Of a DNA stretch of 51,295 nucleotides, positions 1 through 15,560 are shown in pieces. How positions within the stretch are numbered: the stretch's first letter is position 1; each line of letters starts with the position of its first letter. Under the pieces are notes generated by a model, which saw nothing but the letters and a program-made list of their open reading frames with translations, searched no databases and was not told the origin of the DNA. Source of the DNA: Bigelowiella natans CCMP2755 (taxonomy: Eukaryota > Protista > Cercozoa); contig ADNK01002605.1 of the NCBI GenBank assembly GCA_000320545.1, positions 1 to 51,295 on the forward strand, in the 5' to 3' direction. A program made the position numbers and the translations under genes.

Positions 1-2300
1 TCATTTTAGAAATACGTGGTGGTGGTGGGAGAGCGTGCGGGTGTAGTTTGTCCAGGGCATCTTTTTAGTATATTGCAAACGAGACACAGAGATTCATTAA
101 AACGACCCCGAAAAAAGATTTTATTTATGGTATTTTCGTATTTATTTTGTTTTAGGATTTTATCATGATAAAAAGTATGAATTTTCGTGTAGTAGGCAAA
201 TTTAGGAGATTGTACTTACGCTTCAATTTCATTTGGGAGTCCTTTAATACGGGGGTCATACCCTTTGATATTTTCCCCACGAAGTTTCCCCGCTGCCAAA
301 GAAGCCCATATTAGGTACCTATTCATATGCAAAAGTGAAGGGAGGGGAGCAATACCCTTCGCATATACCAACACCATTCCTATTCAGGGGGACTTTGCAG
401 GATTTAGAAACAAAACTCCTCTTTATTCGAAAAAGCCCCCCCCCCCCCCCCCCTCCTATTCTTCTCCCTCCAAAACCTTCGCGAATGTCGATGAGCTCCT
501 TGAGATGCACATGCTTCGTGATGAATTCGGTGTTGTTGTACAATATACACACGTCCAATACGTCGCCATATTTGGTGAAACTCTGGAAGAATTGCTGCAG
601 GTCCTGTCGCGTGAAGTGCTCATCTTCGGGGAGATTTGTTACCTCGACTGTGAAAGACTTGACGCTTAGATTGTTTTCCTTATCTGTCTCCATCTCTGAA
701 TTGAGACTGGACTGAAGGTACTCAATCATTAGCCACAAAAATAGAATCCTAGGAATTGGAGGGGGCAGGGATGAAAGAGAACGAGAAGTCACGGGTGGGA
801 GGCAAAGAGAAGTATGAATTCAAGTGGGTTAAATATCATAAATGCATACAAGCAAAAAACACACAAATCATAACTAGCGCTTTCATATTATGAGAGTGAG
901 TGTCTTCTTGCCGACCCGGCGATATCCAAGGCGGACACGTAAATGCTGATGTCGTTCCTCCCCATTCCTTGAATATCAGTTGAATTTGCGTGCTTGGACC
1001 CCATATTCCCCATCGTTATAACGTCTAAGCCAGTTGCAGCTTCTTTGCCGTACTCGTCTCCGAGGCCAAAGGTCACAGCGTTCGGGATGGATAAGAAGAA
1101 CATCACTAGAAATACCTGAAAAACATTTGCGGGCAAAGAAAGACTAATTACTAGATACTATTGTCTGGTGAGGATGACAAATAGCACGAGTTATGAAAAC
1201 CACCATGACGGACACGCGGGAAAAAGGGACGACCTCATGCAAACCTTAGCGTTCATCCCAATTCCACACATGCGAAAAACATACCTTAGATAAGAAGAGG
1301 AGCGTTCCGTAGTAGGCCTTCAACCCACCTACGACAGGCAGCTCTTGCAAATCTACGTCAAGACCGTAAAGTTCCACCTCCCCCCCTCGGCTCTTGCGAT
1401 GGAGAAGGACCTTCTCCCTATACCTAGAGAGTAGAATATGGCATCGAATGGGACGCTATGCGTTAATCGTCCCCGTGTGCAAACTCCCGGTCTCCGAGAC
1501 TATCATTGCTAGACATGCGATGGATTTTTATGGAGTGTTATTCCTTACTTTTCTGCCTCTTTGACATCTGCCCCAATCTTTGGGGTGATTCTCGTCGCTG
1601 AACGCAGCAAATCTTTCATTTTCTTCTTGCGCTTCCTTTTTTTCTGGTGCTCTTTCTCTTTACGGTACACTGTGTCAACCATCTGACGTCTCGTAAAGGT
1701 GCGAGTCAATGGAGAATTTGACGGCTCTGCAAATGTCTCATCTAGCCATGCGCTTGTTGGGGCCTTCTCCTCCATATTTAAGGGATTATCTGACGTTCGA
1801 GAACCTGCAAGGTATTATGGGAAGAATTAATACCATCATGAAGTAAGTAGTAAGTACGAAATGCGCGTACGAAATGCGCGTTTTGTTGTCACACATGCGT
1901 ATGGTCGTTGCAAAAAATCCGGATATCGTTTCCCTTCTTCTTCCTCTTATTCTACTTAATCATAGCTCCGGCTCACTTCTCGACTATGACTTCTAGGATT
2001 AAACACCGATAGATTTTAGTTCGTCGCCTGTCTTCGGAGTCCCAATGATTAGGTTGCCCAGAGCATTAGCCAGGTTCTGGCTCGTGCTCGTACGATCATC
2101 AAACGGCGTGATACTGCTCCTCCGCCCACTGTTTCTCGCAGCAGATGCATTGGAGTTGAGCAGCTCAACGTCGCGTGTCTTCTTGCTATCCTTGATTGTG
2201 TTGGAAATAGCGGCCTCGATATCCATCGGAATGCTGCTGCTGCTGCTGCTGCAGCTGCTGCTTCAATGCTCCTTCTGGTTCTTACTCTTCTCTTTTTAAG
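1..2300 (-). CDS. OSCA/TMEM63 (CSC1-like) mechanosensitive/Ca-permeable channel-like gene, multi-exon, runs off the window start; 5' end approximate
   Basis: Spliced exons read ...VGGLKAYYGTLLFLSK|VFLVMFFLSIPNAVTF...TMGNMG...VSALDIAG|ILFLWLMIEYLQ...LSVKSFTVEVTNLP...LQQFFQSFTKYGDVLDVCILYN. This matches the RSN1_TM plus cytosolic linker (TVxVxNLP) layout; GT-AG junctions are visible. Confidence 0.65.
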
Positions 2301-3067
2301 ACAAGCCTGAAACGAGACTCAGCCTCCCTCCACTTTTCCTCGTACCTCCTTTCTTAATAAGATGTCGTTGATACCTACGTTCTCTCACGGAGGAATAAAA
2401 TTGAGGTACTTGGTGCCAATCTATGACACAACTCACGTGCCTACAGAATGGGGATGAGATTTGGTGGCGGAAAGTTACTTATTCCCGTTTCCCGTTTCCC
2501 TCTCCGGCGCTTAAACCAGAAAACTGAAGAATATCATTGTCGCATCATAGAAATATAAAATAATTTCTCACGTATAATTGGGAAGTTATTTTTAGATGTC
2601 TATAGGAGGTAAAATGCATGTCGCAATTCCACCGCCCATGGTATTTCTACCCGTATTTTCCACTCATGATTTCCCGACGAGCGACAATGTCATCCGGCGT
2701 AACGTCGATATTATTCAGCCTATTTTTCCCATAAATTGTACAAATTGTCGACATTTATAGTAAAATATTCAAATTTAATTGGAATACAGTCCGAAACGGG
2801 TTGGGTTTTAATGTTTAATGCCAGCAATTCTGCTTCATTGGAGTTTGGAGACGTCTGGATAATGCGTGTTGCGGAGTGACAGAGGCTAAGAAATTCACCC
2901 AAAAAAGGGTATAAAAGGAGATCTATTTATCATCGAGACAAAGATAATTACACTATTTACTAAGAAAACAGCAACTGTTTCTGTTGCACATTCAGTCATT
3001 GCAAACCATTCCCCATCCCATTTCCATCCATCCCCGCACAGGTTAAGCCGTCTGCCAGCTGCTTAAA

Positions 3068-3281
3068 ATGATTCAAGCGGCCCTCTTTCTGGGCTGTACT
3101 TTCTTACCACTTGCGACCAATGGATTGGGAATGAAGCAGACAGCTGTTGTAAAGCCAGTTGTGTTTGTTGGGGACCCTGGTGTTCCAGAATGTGGAGACG
3201 ACAAGCGTTGCGACTTCACAACAAACCGTCACATCTGCACCAAAGTTTTCGAGAATTTGGAAGGGTAATCACACACACACA

Positions 3282-3328
<47 letters not shown>

Positions 3329-4875
3329 ACGCACGCACGCACGCACCTGTCACAATCTTGATCATGTTTTTATGGAGACGTTCTAAGCCGAGATGATTGA
3401 TACCATTCAGAACGAGACATCAATTTTTAACATAAACCTTTTTTACATTTGAAATTCTATATCCGATACTCTAGCCTTTCGATTGACTTCTTCAATGCAA
3501 CGAAAGCAACCAAAGAAAGACAGAAATGGTTTGCTCGCTCACGCTACGACAAGAAGGCGTCGTGGTGCGTGAGCCTTGCAGAGGCTTATGATTACACGTG
3601 TCAAGGCGAGAACACGAAGAGAGAATGTCCCTGCGAATTCTTCGATTGCGTAGGAACAGACAACTGCGATTTCTCAGCATATAATATGTCCCTCGAGGAG
3701 GCACCTTACAATCACAACTACGTTCAGAGATGCCATCGGCAGTGCTGCAGCAAATTCCTAAATAGTTGCAGTGGTGAACCTGTACCTACTTTAGAACCTA
3801 CTCCAGTGCCTTCTCCTCATCCAACGCCAGCTCCGACACCAGAGCCCACTCCAAAACCAACTCAAAAACCAACACCAATGCCTTCTCCTCATCCAACGCC
3901 AGCCCCGACACCAAAGCCAACTTCTGAGCCAACTCCAAAACCGACTCAAAAACCAACACCAATGCCTTCTCCTCATCCAACGCCAGCCCCGACACCAAAG
4001 CCAACTTCTGAGCCAACTCCAAAACCGACTCAAAAACCAACACCAATGCCTTCTCCTCATCCAACGCCAGCCCCGACACCAAAGCCAACTCCTGAGCCAA
4101 CTCCAAAACCGACTCAAAAACCAACACCAATGCCTTCACCTCATCCAACGCCAGCTCCGACACCAGAGCCAACTCCTGAGCCAACTCCTGAGCCAACTCC
4201 AAAACCGACTCAAAAACCAACACCAATGCCTTCACCTCATCCAACGCCAGCGCCGACACCAGAGCCCACTCCTGAGCCCACTCCAAAGCCCTCTCCCTAC
4301 CCAACAGGTAGCATCAGAATTTTCCATTTCCTGTCATTGTTACATATCTCCATAAAATATGCGGGGACAGCATTTATTTATTGATGTTAACTTTCGCTTG
4401 ACGCACCGTTGTCTCACTGGCACATCACGCTGACACATGCACAATAATATACAGTCTCGCCAACCGACACCCCGACCGGAACTCCAACGAATTATCCAAC
4501 GAAGGACCCCTCCCCCTACCCAACTCCAGATCCCACAGGATTTCCGACTCCTGCGCCCTCTTCATTCCCAACCCCTGCTCCATCCCCACACCCAACCGAA
4601 TTCCCAACGCCACGGCCAACGCTCCATCCCTCACCAGCCCCTACGCCGAATCCCTCCCCCTTTCCAACAGAACATCCAACTCCTGATCCAACTAACCATC
4701 CCACGAATGAGCCTACCCCTGAACCTACACCCTGGCCGACCCCCGCCCCCACCAACGACCCTACCCCCTTCCCCACAAATGAGCCCACTCAAGGACTTCA
4801 CTGCCCTACTCTACAAGACATGAACGCTGTGCCGATTTCGGAGCGATGGTAGGAGATGCATTGCAACGCCAAAAC

Positions 4876-4959
<84 letters not shown>

Positions 4960-5548
4960 TGCGCATATGGTGTTTATGAAGGCGTACTGACGGCACAAGG
5001 ACAGAGATGACATGGAATTTACTGTTTCCCTCCCCTCCCCTTAGGCAAAAATTCGATTGCCCGCAATGTAACTGTGGATGTCCACAACTAAGCTTCCCAG
5101 ACTGCGGAGAGACTGTTCCGTGCTGCCGCAAGCCAGTTGCTCCTACAGTAGCTCCTACTCCTGCCCCCCCAACCCCAGAGCCCACCCTTCCTCCCTCACC
5201 CGCTTTGACGCTTCAGTGTCCGGACACGAATGACATTTTGTCCACACCATTGGAGCAGCGATGGACGAAATTCGACTGCCCAACGGTGAGCGTAAACCGT
5301 ATTTGTTATGTTCTGGAAGGGGAAACGAATGCCCACCCGTATTCATGATGTTTGTGGTTGTGATAATAATTGGGATTGGCGACACTTTCTCATGCATACG
5401 CCTAATAGTCTCGCAAAAGTCCATTTGTCGTCCCCATTAGATTCCTAAAATCATCCTCTTATTTCTTTTTCAGTGCGACTGTGGATGCCCTCGAAATGAA
5501 AGCTGTGGTGAGAACATGCCATGCTGCGTGAAAAAGATCTTGAAGTAA
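3068..5548 (+). CDS. Secreted Pro/Thr-rich mucin/extensin-like surface protein with Cys-rich modules, multi-exon
   Basis: Signal peptide [19 protein letters not shown], Cys-rich N-terminal domain, long PTP stalk, two C-terminal modules ([12 protein letters not shown]...CGETVPCC and KFDCPT|CDCGCP...CGENMPCC), stop TAA at 5546-5548. Confidence 0.8.
3790..4300 (+). repeat. Coding tandem repeat, ~84-bp unit ([28 protein letters not shown]), about 6 copies
   Basis: atgccttc(t/a)cctcatccaacgcc recurs at ~3878, 3962, 4046, 4130 and 4226. Confidence 0.9.
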
Positions 5549-6424
5549 ATGCTACGTAGAATTTAATTAATGATCGGACAGCGCGAGTATCAATTGTAGT
5601 AGTCGCGAAAAAAACGGGAAAACCAAATGGACAGGATCCCAGATAATCGCGTTAGACATCTAACTAGCTAGTGATATGTGGTCTTATTTGTGCGTAGCAA
5701 CAAGAATAAGCACATGATCCACGCGAATGTCTCATTTTAAGACGCCTCTCATTTATCATCGATCTCTAATGCCGTGACATCACGAATCGAAAAGTTGTCG
5801 CCGTGCAACGATCATGCGCGCTATCGCAGCCTCTAGAACTATTAGATCTGTGCTATAGCTAGTACAATATTACATAACAAGCTAGCTTGTTGACTTACGC
5901 GCCGCATACTATAATACTAGCATGCACTATAGTTCATACGTCATCCATCTGGATCGGAGTGCTATTTAGCTATTCTCTGAATATATATACCGCTACTTGC
6001 TGCATATATGTAACCATAGCAGACACAGTATGCATTATATATGTCTTAGATAATTGCGCGAAAAGTGCACGATGATTCGTGTGTGCATGCAATGCATGCC
6101 GCCAGAGCCGAGCGAATGCCATGATGGATAATATGGACTGCGGTGTAGAAGGGAATGATCGAACTCACGAGCGATTTATTACAAAGTGATCATACTGTCT
6201 TTGACAAATCATGATAACAATACTAAATACAGAGACCTGTACTTGAGTTGCCTAAGACGCTATGCTAGTCTGGCACCGCGATCGATACGGCGGCGGTGCG
6301 CACAAAGGCGCTACAAAACGAAATAGAATCTCTGCTGCAAAGTGTTTATATTATGTTGCGATGACTTCAGATAGTCACAGCACGATAAATGATAATCGTG
6401 AAGAACCCTTTCACCTCCTGATGC

Positions 6425-6996
6425 CTAGAGCAGGAACATGGTTTCGCTACGTGGACTCTGCCTGACAAGTCGGCGTAGATGGTTCGACACGACTTTCCCT
6501 GATGACATAAGTAAGGATGTATAAAATGAAGAAGAAACGAAAGGCACATTACAAACACCGTGACGCGGAACAAAACTCATCGAAGGATAACCTTCGAAGA
6601 AAAACATGGTCGATTTAAAACACTGTCCCCGTCGTATGACATAAATCAGATCATTAGCGATCTCGTTTGAATGTTTTCAGAAGCTCACAATCGATCATCA
6701 TCACGATCGTGGTGGTGGTTACTGCAATGATACCTTCGAGGACAGGGCATTCCTCACTCAATTGCTCATCAAGTGTTTGCCTCCGCACTGGCTCCGTGGA
6801 GAATAGGCTGAGTGGTATCTGGAAGATCATCAGAGGCAAACATTTGTCGTTGTTACATCGTCGCTAATACCGCGAGTGACTTAAGGAAGGCGGCGACGGA
6901 AAATGATGAAAGGACAGAGAAAACAATGAAGGAACGGCGCGGATCATCACCATCATCATCATAATCATAAGAAGAAGGAGGTTGTTGTGGGCCTTG

Positions 6997-7032
<36 letters not shown>

Positions 7033-7221
7033 GCTCTCAAGACATCAATAGACCATCTTTCAGCGAAAGAGAAATTAAAAAAAAAAAAACAGATAGAAGC
7101 TTAGCAATTCTCCATCATCGTTAATGTTTGTCTTGCTGGCTTTAGTGACACCTCGACATCCCTTAACTCATGGGCAACGTCAAAGTCCTTGATTCCCCAC
7201 GTTTGAAGCACCACTTCCTCT

Positions 7222-7255
<34 letters not shown>

Positions 7256-7363
7256 CATGGGTTGTGATGATAGATGAAAAGGAGGAGGAGGAGAGAAGAG
7301 GGAGACAGTAAGTTAGATAATGACGAAGGATGGGGATCATAAATATGTAATGGAGTGTGTGTT

Positions 7364-7449
<86 letters not shown>

Positions 7450-7914
7450 CGTGTGCGCGTGCGCGCGTGTGTGTAAGCTTGATGAACTGATATGTTTACT
7501 ACCACATACATTGCTTTCCCTCCCCCCCTCCTCCTCCTCCTTTGTTCTCCTCCTCTCACCCTACTTTCCCCCCCTCCCACCGCCGCATCATCTCTCGTCA
7601 TCGACATACTAGTACCGAGGTCTGGATTGTCCGGAAATTGGCGGATGGAGTGCACATACGACATAGCTCCTACTACGTGTTTAGGAGCCAGCTGAAGTAC
7701 AAAGCACACGCACAGGCACACACCATACGAAACACGCCGTGAAGTCTAGATTAAACGCTGCCCGACCCCACATCAATACGCAAACACACACACTCACACT
7801 CATAAGTATATGTTGAAGCAACGGCATTGTACTCACAGTGTTAAGAAGCTGAGCATGCTCCAGCTCCTCGTATAGGATCTCATAACTAAGAGGAGGAGGA
7901 GGAGGAAGAAGAAG

Positions 7915-7961
<47 letters not shown>

Positions 7962-8691
7962 ATTACTCATTCATTTATTCATCCATTCTCTCATCTCCAT
8001 ACGTATAATGTATATTGTATTATCTATTCTAAGTTGTAAGAAAGAATTGGTGTAGGGTATGCCCGATCCCGCCCCCCCCCCCGGCGCGTGCGCGCGTGTG
8101 TGTGTGTGCGTGTGTTACGTACAGTCCACGAGCTGCACAAGCGTGCACTTTCGAGAACATGACCCCTACAATAACATTATTACAAAGGGCCATTGCAATT
8201 TCTCAGCCAAAGCTTCCTTTAGTCACAACCCATGGGGGCGGGATAGATCTGCTCATATGGTAGCATGCATGTGCGTGCGAGAGCGAGTTGTCGGCCACAT
8301 GCCATAATGTTTGTGCAATCCCCCCACCCTCCCCCCCCGCTCACACCTCCTACAACCTACCTACCTACCTCCAGGCACGATGATGTCTTCCTGGCCGAAA
8401 CGTTTGGTGTTGTATAAGGAGGGATGGGTCATGCGGAACATGGTGGCTAAGATCATGCTCATCGACGTCCCTGAAGAAGAAGAAGAAGAAGAAGAAGAAG
8501 AAGAAGAGGAGGAGGAGGAAGAGAAGCGCGTAGTCGTTGCTAAGTAAGAGCTCTATTATTGTCTTTCTTTCTTAGAGGCATGAGGCATGGAAGCTCGAAC
8601 GATTGAGTGTTGTTATTACCAATTGGCCTTGCTAGCGAGTGGAGTATGAGCTGGCCCTCTATATTAATATACAGCCGTATCGTAACGCCAG

Positions 8692-8725
<34 letters not shown>

Positions 8726-8763
8726 ATAAAGAAGTGGAGAGAAAGAAAGGGGAGGGAGGGAGG

Positions 8764-8796
<33 letters not shown>

Positions 8797-11036
8797 AGAG
8801 AGAATGCACGAACAAAATTAGTAAGTTTGTTTCTTTTGTGCTTTGGATCAGATTCCCGCTGCATTAGCCTACTGCATGCTTTTCTCGCCTCCTCCTCTCC
8901 CTCATTACTTGCCCCGGTCCTACTCACCGTATAGCCTTGCTAGAGCATTAGAGCGGTTCAGGACGCCTGCCCTCTGGCTAATCTTCTCCAACAGCAGCGA
9001 CTTCGGTTTCTTAGGGGGATTCTAGCGGATGACGGGGGGGGGGGGGAATGGGGAGGGGGGGCAAGATATCCATGAGTGTAATTGCAAAGTGCCACTCGCT
9101 TCTACGCCGATGTAGTGCATTTTTAAGGAACTTGTCTGCAAATCATCCTTTGATGCGCGAGGGTGAAAACGATAATGATGATGATGATGATGATGGCACA
9201 TTATTATCAGACAGTATGAATACGAATAGCGCACAGAGCATCATCCATTTCGGACAGCTTCACGACGTTTGAATTTGATCATCATTTTGTGCCACACCAT
9301 TCAATGTCATCGATCATCCCCCCCCCCCCCCCCTTCCAGAGTCGCACAGTGTGCACGTAGATGTGCGTGCACGCATGCATGGAAGAGTGTCGTCTCAAGG
9401 ATTCGAGCCTTGAATATGAAGCAACACCTTTGGTTTTGCCATGTCCCTTGTCCCTCTCTGTGATGATATAGGGATGTAGCACGAAAACAACGGAATAAGG
9501 GATGATAAAAGAAGAAGAAGAAGAAGAAGAAGAAGAGAGCGAGCAGTGAGGGCAATCGATCGCCAAAAGAAGAAGGTGGAATCAACATCATAGCTGTAAT
9601 AGTATAGATCGCACACAGAGAAGGGCGGCCTTTGACTTGTCAAATTAATTACCTTGCTTGTCGTGCCCATGAAGAGCATAGTCTTGCTCAAACTAAAAAC
9701 GCGCTCGTTTTTTTGATTTATCAGCTCGCATTTGACTTTGAGGAGAGTATCTTCGCCGCTCGAGGTGGTTCGGAGATCCTAGATTTTTACATGGGACGTA
9801 TGCGTGTGCATGTGCGAAATGATACGCACTTGCAAACAACCAACAATTCCGCATAGAGATGCTAGTACTAGCTACCTGAATATGATACTCCTTCCTTATC
9901 GTGTCCCCAAGGTAAGCTGGGCGCTCATAAACAGCTTGTTCTACTCCAAGGTCTAGCACCTACTTATCGGCGAAGGACGAAGAAGAAGGCAACAGCAGTA
10001 GGTACGACAGAATGACCATTTAACAAGATGTTCCTCATCGTTGTTATGATATCATCTCTATTGGCGAATCTTTTCGCTATCCAGCACCACGGTAGGTTTG
10101 CTGCTGCTTACTGACCCTTCTTGAATCGTCAGCATGCGAGACGGCCATCCCCGTGTGTAGCAGGAATGAAAAGGGGAGCAGCGTGCCGTTAAAACCTAGC
10201 TTTTGTCCAAAGGTGTCGGAGGTATACAGTCGGTCGTGCTGGTAGAAACACCTGGTGTTGTAGTTTATAATATCAGCATGTGCACTGCGAGGAGTCCGAA
10301 GCAAATGAATATTTTCTGTGTGGTACATTCAATGTGCATTCATTCTCGCTTTGGTTAGTACCCATGCCAGGCATCTCGAATGCCGGATGTCATGGTAATT
10401 TCGTAGGGGTTCTCGAGCACATCTCCGACACTTGCTGTAAGAAGAACACACGGTGTATTGTTATAGCTTGGTAGCGTTCGCACACACTAACTGAGGTGGG
10501 ATTGATGCTACCTTGATCCAGAGTAAGAGACAGCTCAAGGAGATCGCCCTTTACCGTCTACAATAATCAGCTGTCACATATGACACCGGCAATACTTTCA
10601 CACTGATTCTCTTTCCTCACACATGGGAAGGATGCTAATTCTAGAATTTCAAGGTTGAGAACATCACTGACCGTTCCATAGGATCTTCGTGACGATGAGA
10701 GCGGGGTTTGGAGTGCAGCTCCTTGGAAATTTTTGACCTTCGACCTCCGTATGATCGTTCCCATGTTTCTTTCAAAGAAATGAAATTACCAAACATGGCA
10801 TGAAAGCAGTAAATGTGAGTATCATTGCGAGTGCGGATAACTACTGTTAGCATGGGGGTCCCGATAGAGGTCCCGATCCAACACAAATCTTTGCCGTAAT
10901 TTCTCATAAAAGAGATCTGCATTTCTTGATTTTACCTTGTGGGAAGGTGCAGAGTAACTCTCATCCGTCCTAACATTTCCCGAGGTTTTCCCTTGACGCC
11001 TAATGGAGGCAATCTCCCAAGGGACCGGAGCGCCAT
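6425..11036 (-). CDS. Mitochondrion-targeted double-hotdog MaoC-family dehydratase (mesaconyl-CoA hydratase / beta-methylmalyl-CoA dehydratase-like), ~14 exons
   Basis: Basic N-terminus MALRSLGRLPPLGVKGKPREMLGRMRV. Spliced core GDVLENPYEITMTSGIRDAWHG|CFYQHDRLYTSDTFGQKLGF...|VLDLGVEQAVYERPAYLGDTIRKEYHIQ|DLRTTSSGEDTLLKVKCELINQKNERVFSLSKTMLF. Second hotdog with LYNTKRFGQEDIIVPG. C-terminus GKVVSNHLRRLVRQSPRSETMFLL*. Confidence 0.75.
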
Positions 11037-12070
11037 TGTGTAAAATATAGTTTTAGAACTAGGGAATTATGAGAATCCCTCAAGAAAGAAAGGGAAAATG
11101 AATTTAATGGGCTTTTTAGTCTCTTTCTTCTTATGAATTATTCAAGATATCAGAATATCGACTACACGTAGAATCTCTTTCCAGCTATTTGAGTCTTAAA
11201 AATAGAAACTAGCTCAGATCTCTATGTCGTAATCCTTGTATTGATACCGTTTGCCCACCTAGCTGTCGTCATTATTCATCCCAGTTTGCAGGCTATATTC
11301 CGTATGAGCGTGGTGCTTCTTTCAATTTATGACCTGTAATTCTCTGAATCACCGACACTAGATTAATGCCAGGTAAAATCAGGGCGACTCAATGGGAAAG
11401 TACTTTTTCAGAATTTGATATTTTCAAAAGAAATGTTCGTTTTCCCAAAATCATCTTATAAACTAATAGAGACACGAAAGGTTCTTTGGCGTACCTTAGT
11501 ACTACCCTTCCACTCCTCCGATCCAACCTAAAAAATATTGAAAAAGTATCACCTCCTGACGAGCTCTATTTTAAGTAATGCATGTACGCACATAACTCTT
11601 TTGACAGATAAAGGAGAATGCAGTTTGTATTTCCACAGGATTAATCGGATTTCCGGCATTTTGTGCCGATATTTTCCGTATTTTCCTATGTTTTAGGGTG
11701 GAATGGGCAGCGATTGTTTCGCTTAGGTCTGGAGAGGAGAATCAATCGCTCAAAAAGGTCGTCCGTCGCAGTGTTCACAAATCCACATCGTTATTCTACG
11801 TTGACATCCTTAATTGAGTCAAAATCGTGATAATACAAGGGGATTTCGCCCATTCCATCCTCAAAAAAGGTATCTTAGGTCTGGAAGAAGGGCTATCTCA
11901 ACTCGTGCCAGGCATCCATTCCACATTCCCCTAGGTTGAGAGATAGAGAGCATAGATGTTGCACAACGCACACACATGCAATCAATGGGGATAGCATGGG
12001 TCGTCATATTCATTTTGAAAGCAGTCAACGAGAGCCAGCTAGACACCGAAACTTGATCTGTGGGATTTGA

Positions 12071-14070
<2,000 letters not shown>

Positions 14071-14879
14071 TGATGCATGCAGGAGCTCTAGTGTTGAGCT
14101 CTAGTGTTACTTACTTGCCCAAGAAAGACTAGAGCTGGTTCCTTACCATGCCCAGCAGCCCCTACACTCTATTTATACTATTAGCTGTTACAACCTGGTG
14201 TCACTTTGCAGTTGTGTCTCTCATCTATGGCAACACGCAAATGCATTCCAAACCGTGCAACGAACATGTATATGTTGCTTGTACACATAATAACAGCAGG
14301 CTTTCGACTTCATCAAAACAACCAGACTAATTATGAAAAGCAGTGATTTTAATTTTGACTAATAATGCAGTATGGCTGGGCATTCTAGCATGTGCCGCTG
14401 TGAACGAGTAATTCAATTATCTAGTGATGCGTTGGAGCCCGGGGCTACATACGATACGCTCTAGCGCTAGCAAATGCAACTATGCATTGCAGTTGCACTG
14501 AATGCCCATGTCTACAATGCGATGTAGCGTTGCGTTTGGCGCTTATGCGAGACGAGTGTCACATATGGCCGTCGAGGTTGATATATATAGTACATATAGC
14601 ATGCCATAGCATGTATAGCTATGCGGAGTGCTGATACATAAACTATTTTGCCATACCGAAAGCGTTAGCTTTTATTTGCAAGCAACAAGGCATGATGGCT
14701 ACATGTATACGCTGTGTATATGTGTATGCATACAGCGTATATGTACATATATACATACATGGGTGGACAAAAATGATGGCAACGGACACGTGGTGGAAGA
14801 AGAAGTACTCAATTGGAGCTCTTTCGGATACCACGTTGAATCCTCACTGGAACACAAATGGCATGACACAACTAGGTCG

Positions 14880-15560
14880 TGGAACAGAGTGTCCTTGTAC
14901 CGCCGACTCAGTTTGATCACGACCAAATTGCTTGGAGCGGAACACCCTGCAACACGTGCTACAAGCAAGACACTAAAAAACAAATTGAACACACACAACA
15001 AAAACGATCATGCGGATCGCTACATCCAACTTTGAAACAAACTGGTGCCAAGAGGGAACAAAGGCCATGCATTTGAAGAAACTTGGTTTCATGCCTGGCT
15101 CTCGCACAACAGGAATCACATTGAAGCTGCCAAGCATTGCCACATCATGGATGCGCGCCATCTGTGGTGTTGGCAACCTTGGAACTTTTTTGCTGTCCAG
15201 AGGACAACGCACAAAATTGGAAGCAATGTGCGACACATGCAACACATTGCAAGACATGGACCACATTCTGCAATGCAGAAAATGCGGACCACAGAGACTC
15301 AGAATCAACAAACAACTGACGGCCATCATGGATCGCAACGATGAGACTACGCGTCTCACAACCGCAGAAAAAGCAACTCGCAAAGCTGCGCGCAAAGCAC
15401 GACATGCTAGACCAAATCATGATGCATTTTCATGCATGCAACATGTGACCAAGGAAACAAACAGACACAATTTAAGCGCTGTAGCCGCTGCATTGCACAG
15501 CTACATTAGGATGATCATTGAAAAAATTTAAACATTTCATTACATCCGTCTCATATATGT
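14880..15560 (+). mobile_element. 5'-truncated non-LTR retrotransposon (LINE) ORF2 C-terminus with CCHC zinc knuckle and 3' end; hypermutated
   Basis: ORF 15010-15531 contains CDTCNTLQDMDHILQCRKCGPQR (Cx2Cx7Hx3C..R). Its 3' end recurs twice elsewhere in the window. Confidence 0.7.

Noticed and set aside
3790-4300. CRISPR-like array or antisense ORFs (3791-4117, 3798-4304)
   Set aside because: These are in-frame coding repeats without unique spacers, and the antisense ORFs are shadows of the Pro/Thr repeat.
5560-6400. Another TA-erased domain in the mucin / MaoC-gene gap
   Set aside because: It is CTAG- and TGCA-rich but many non-CTAG TAs remain, so the signal is too weak to call by eye.
7355-8934. 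ORFs made of CVCV, THTH, SLSL, ERER and YIYI runs (found throughout the window)
   Set aside because: They are translations of intronic microsatellites.
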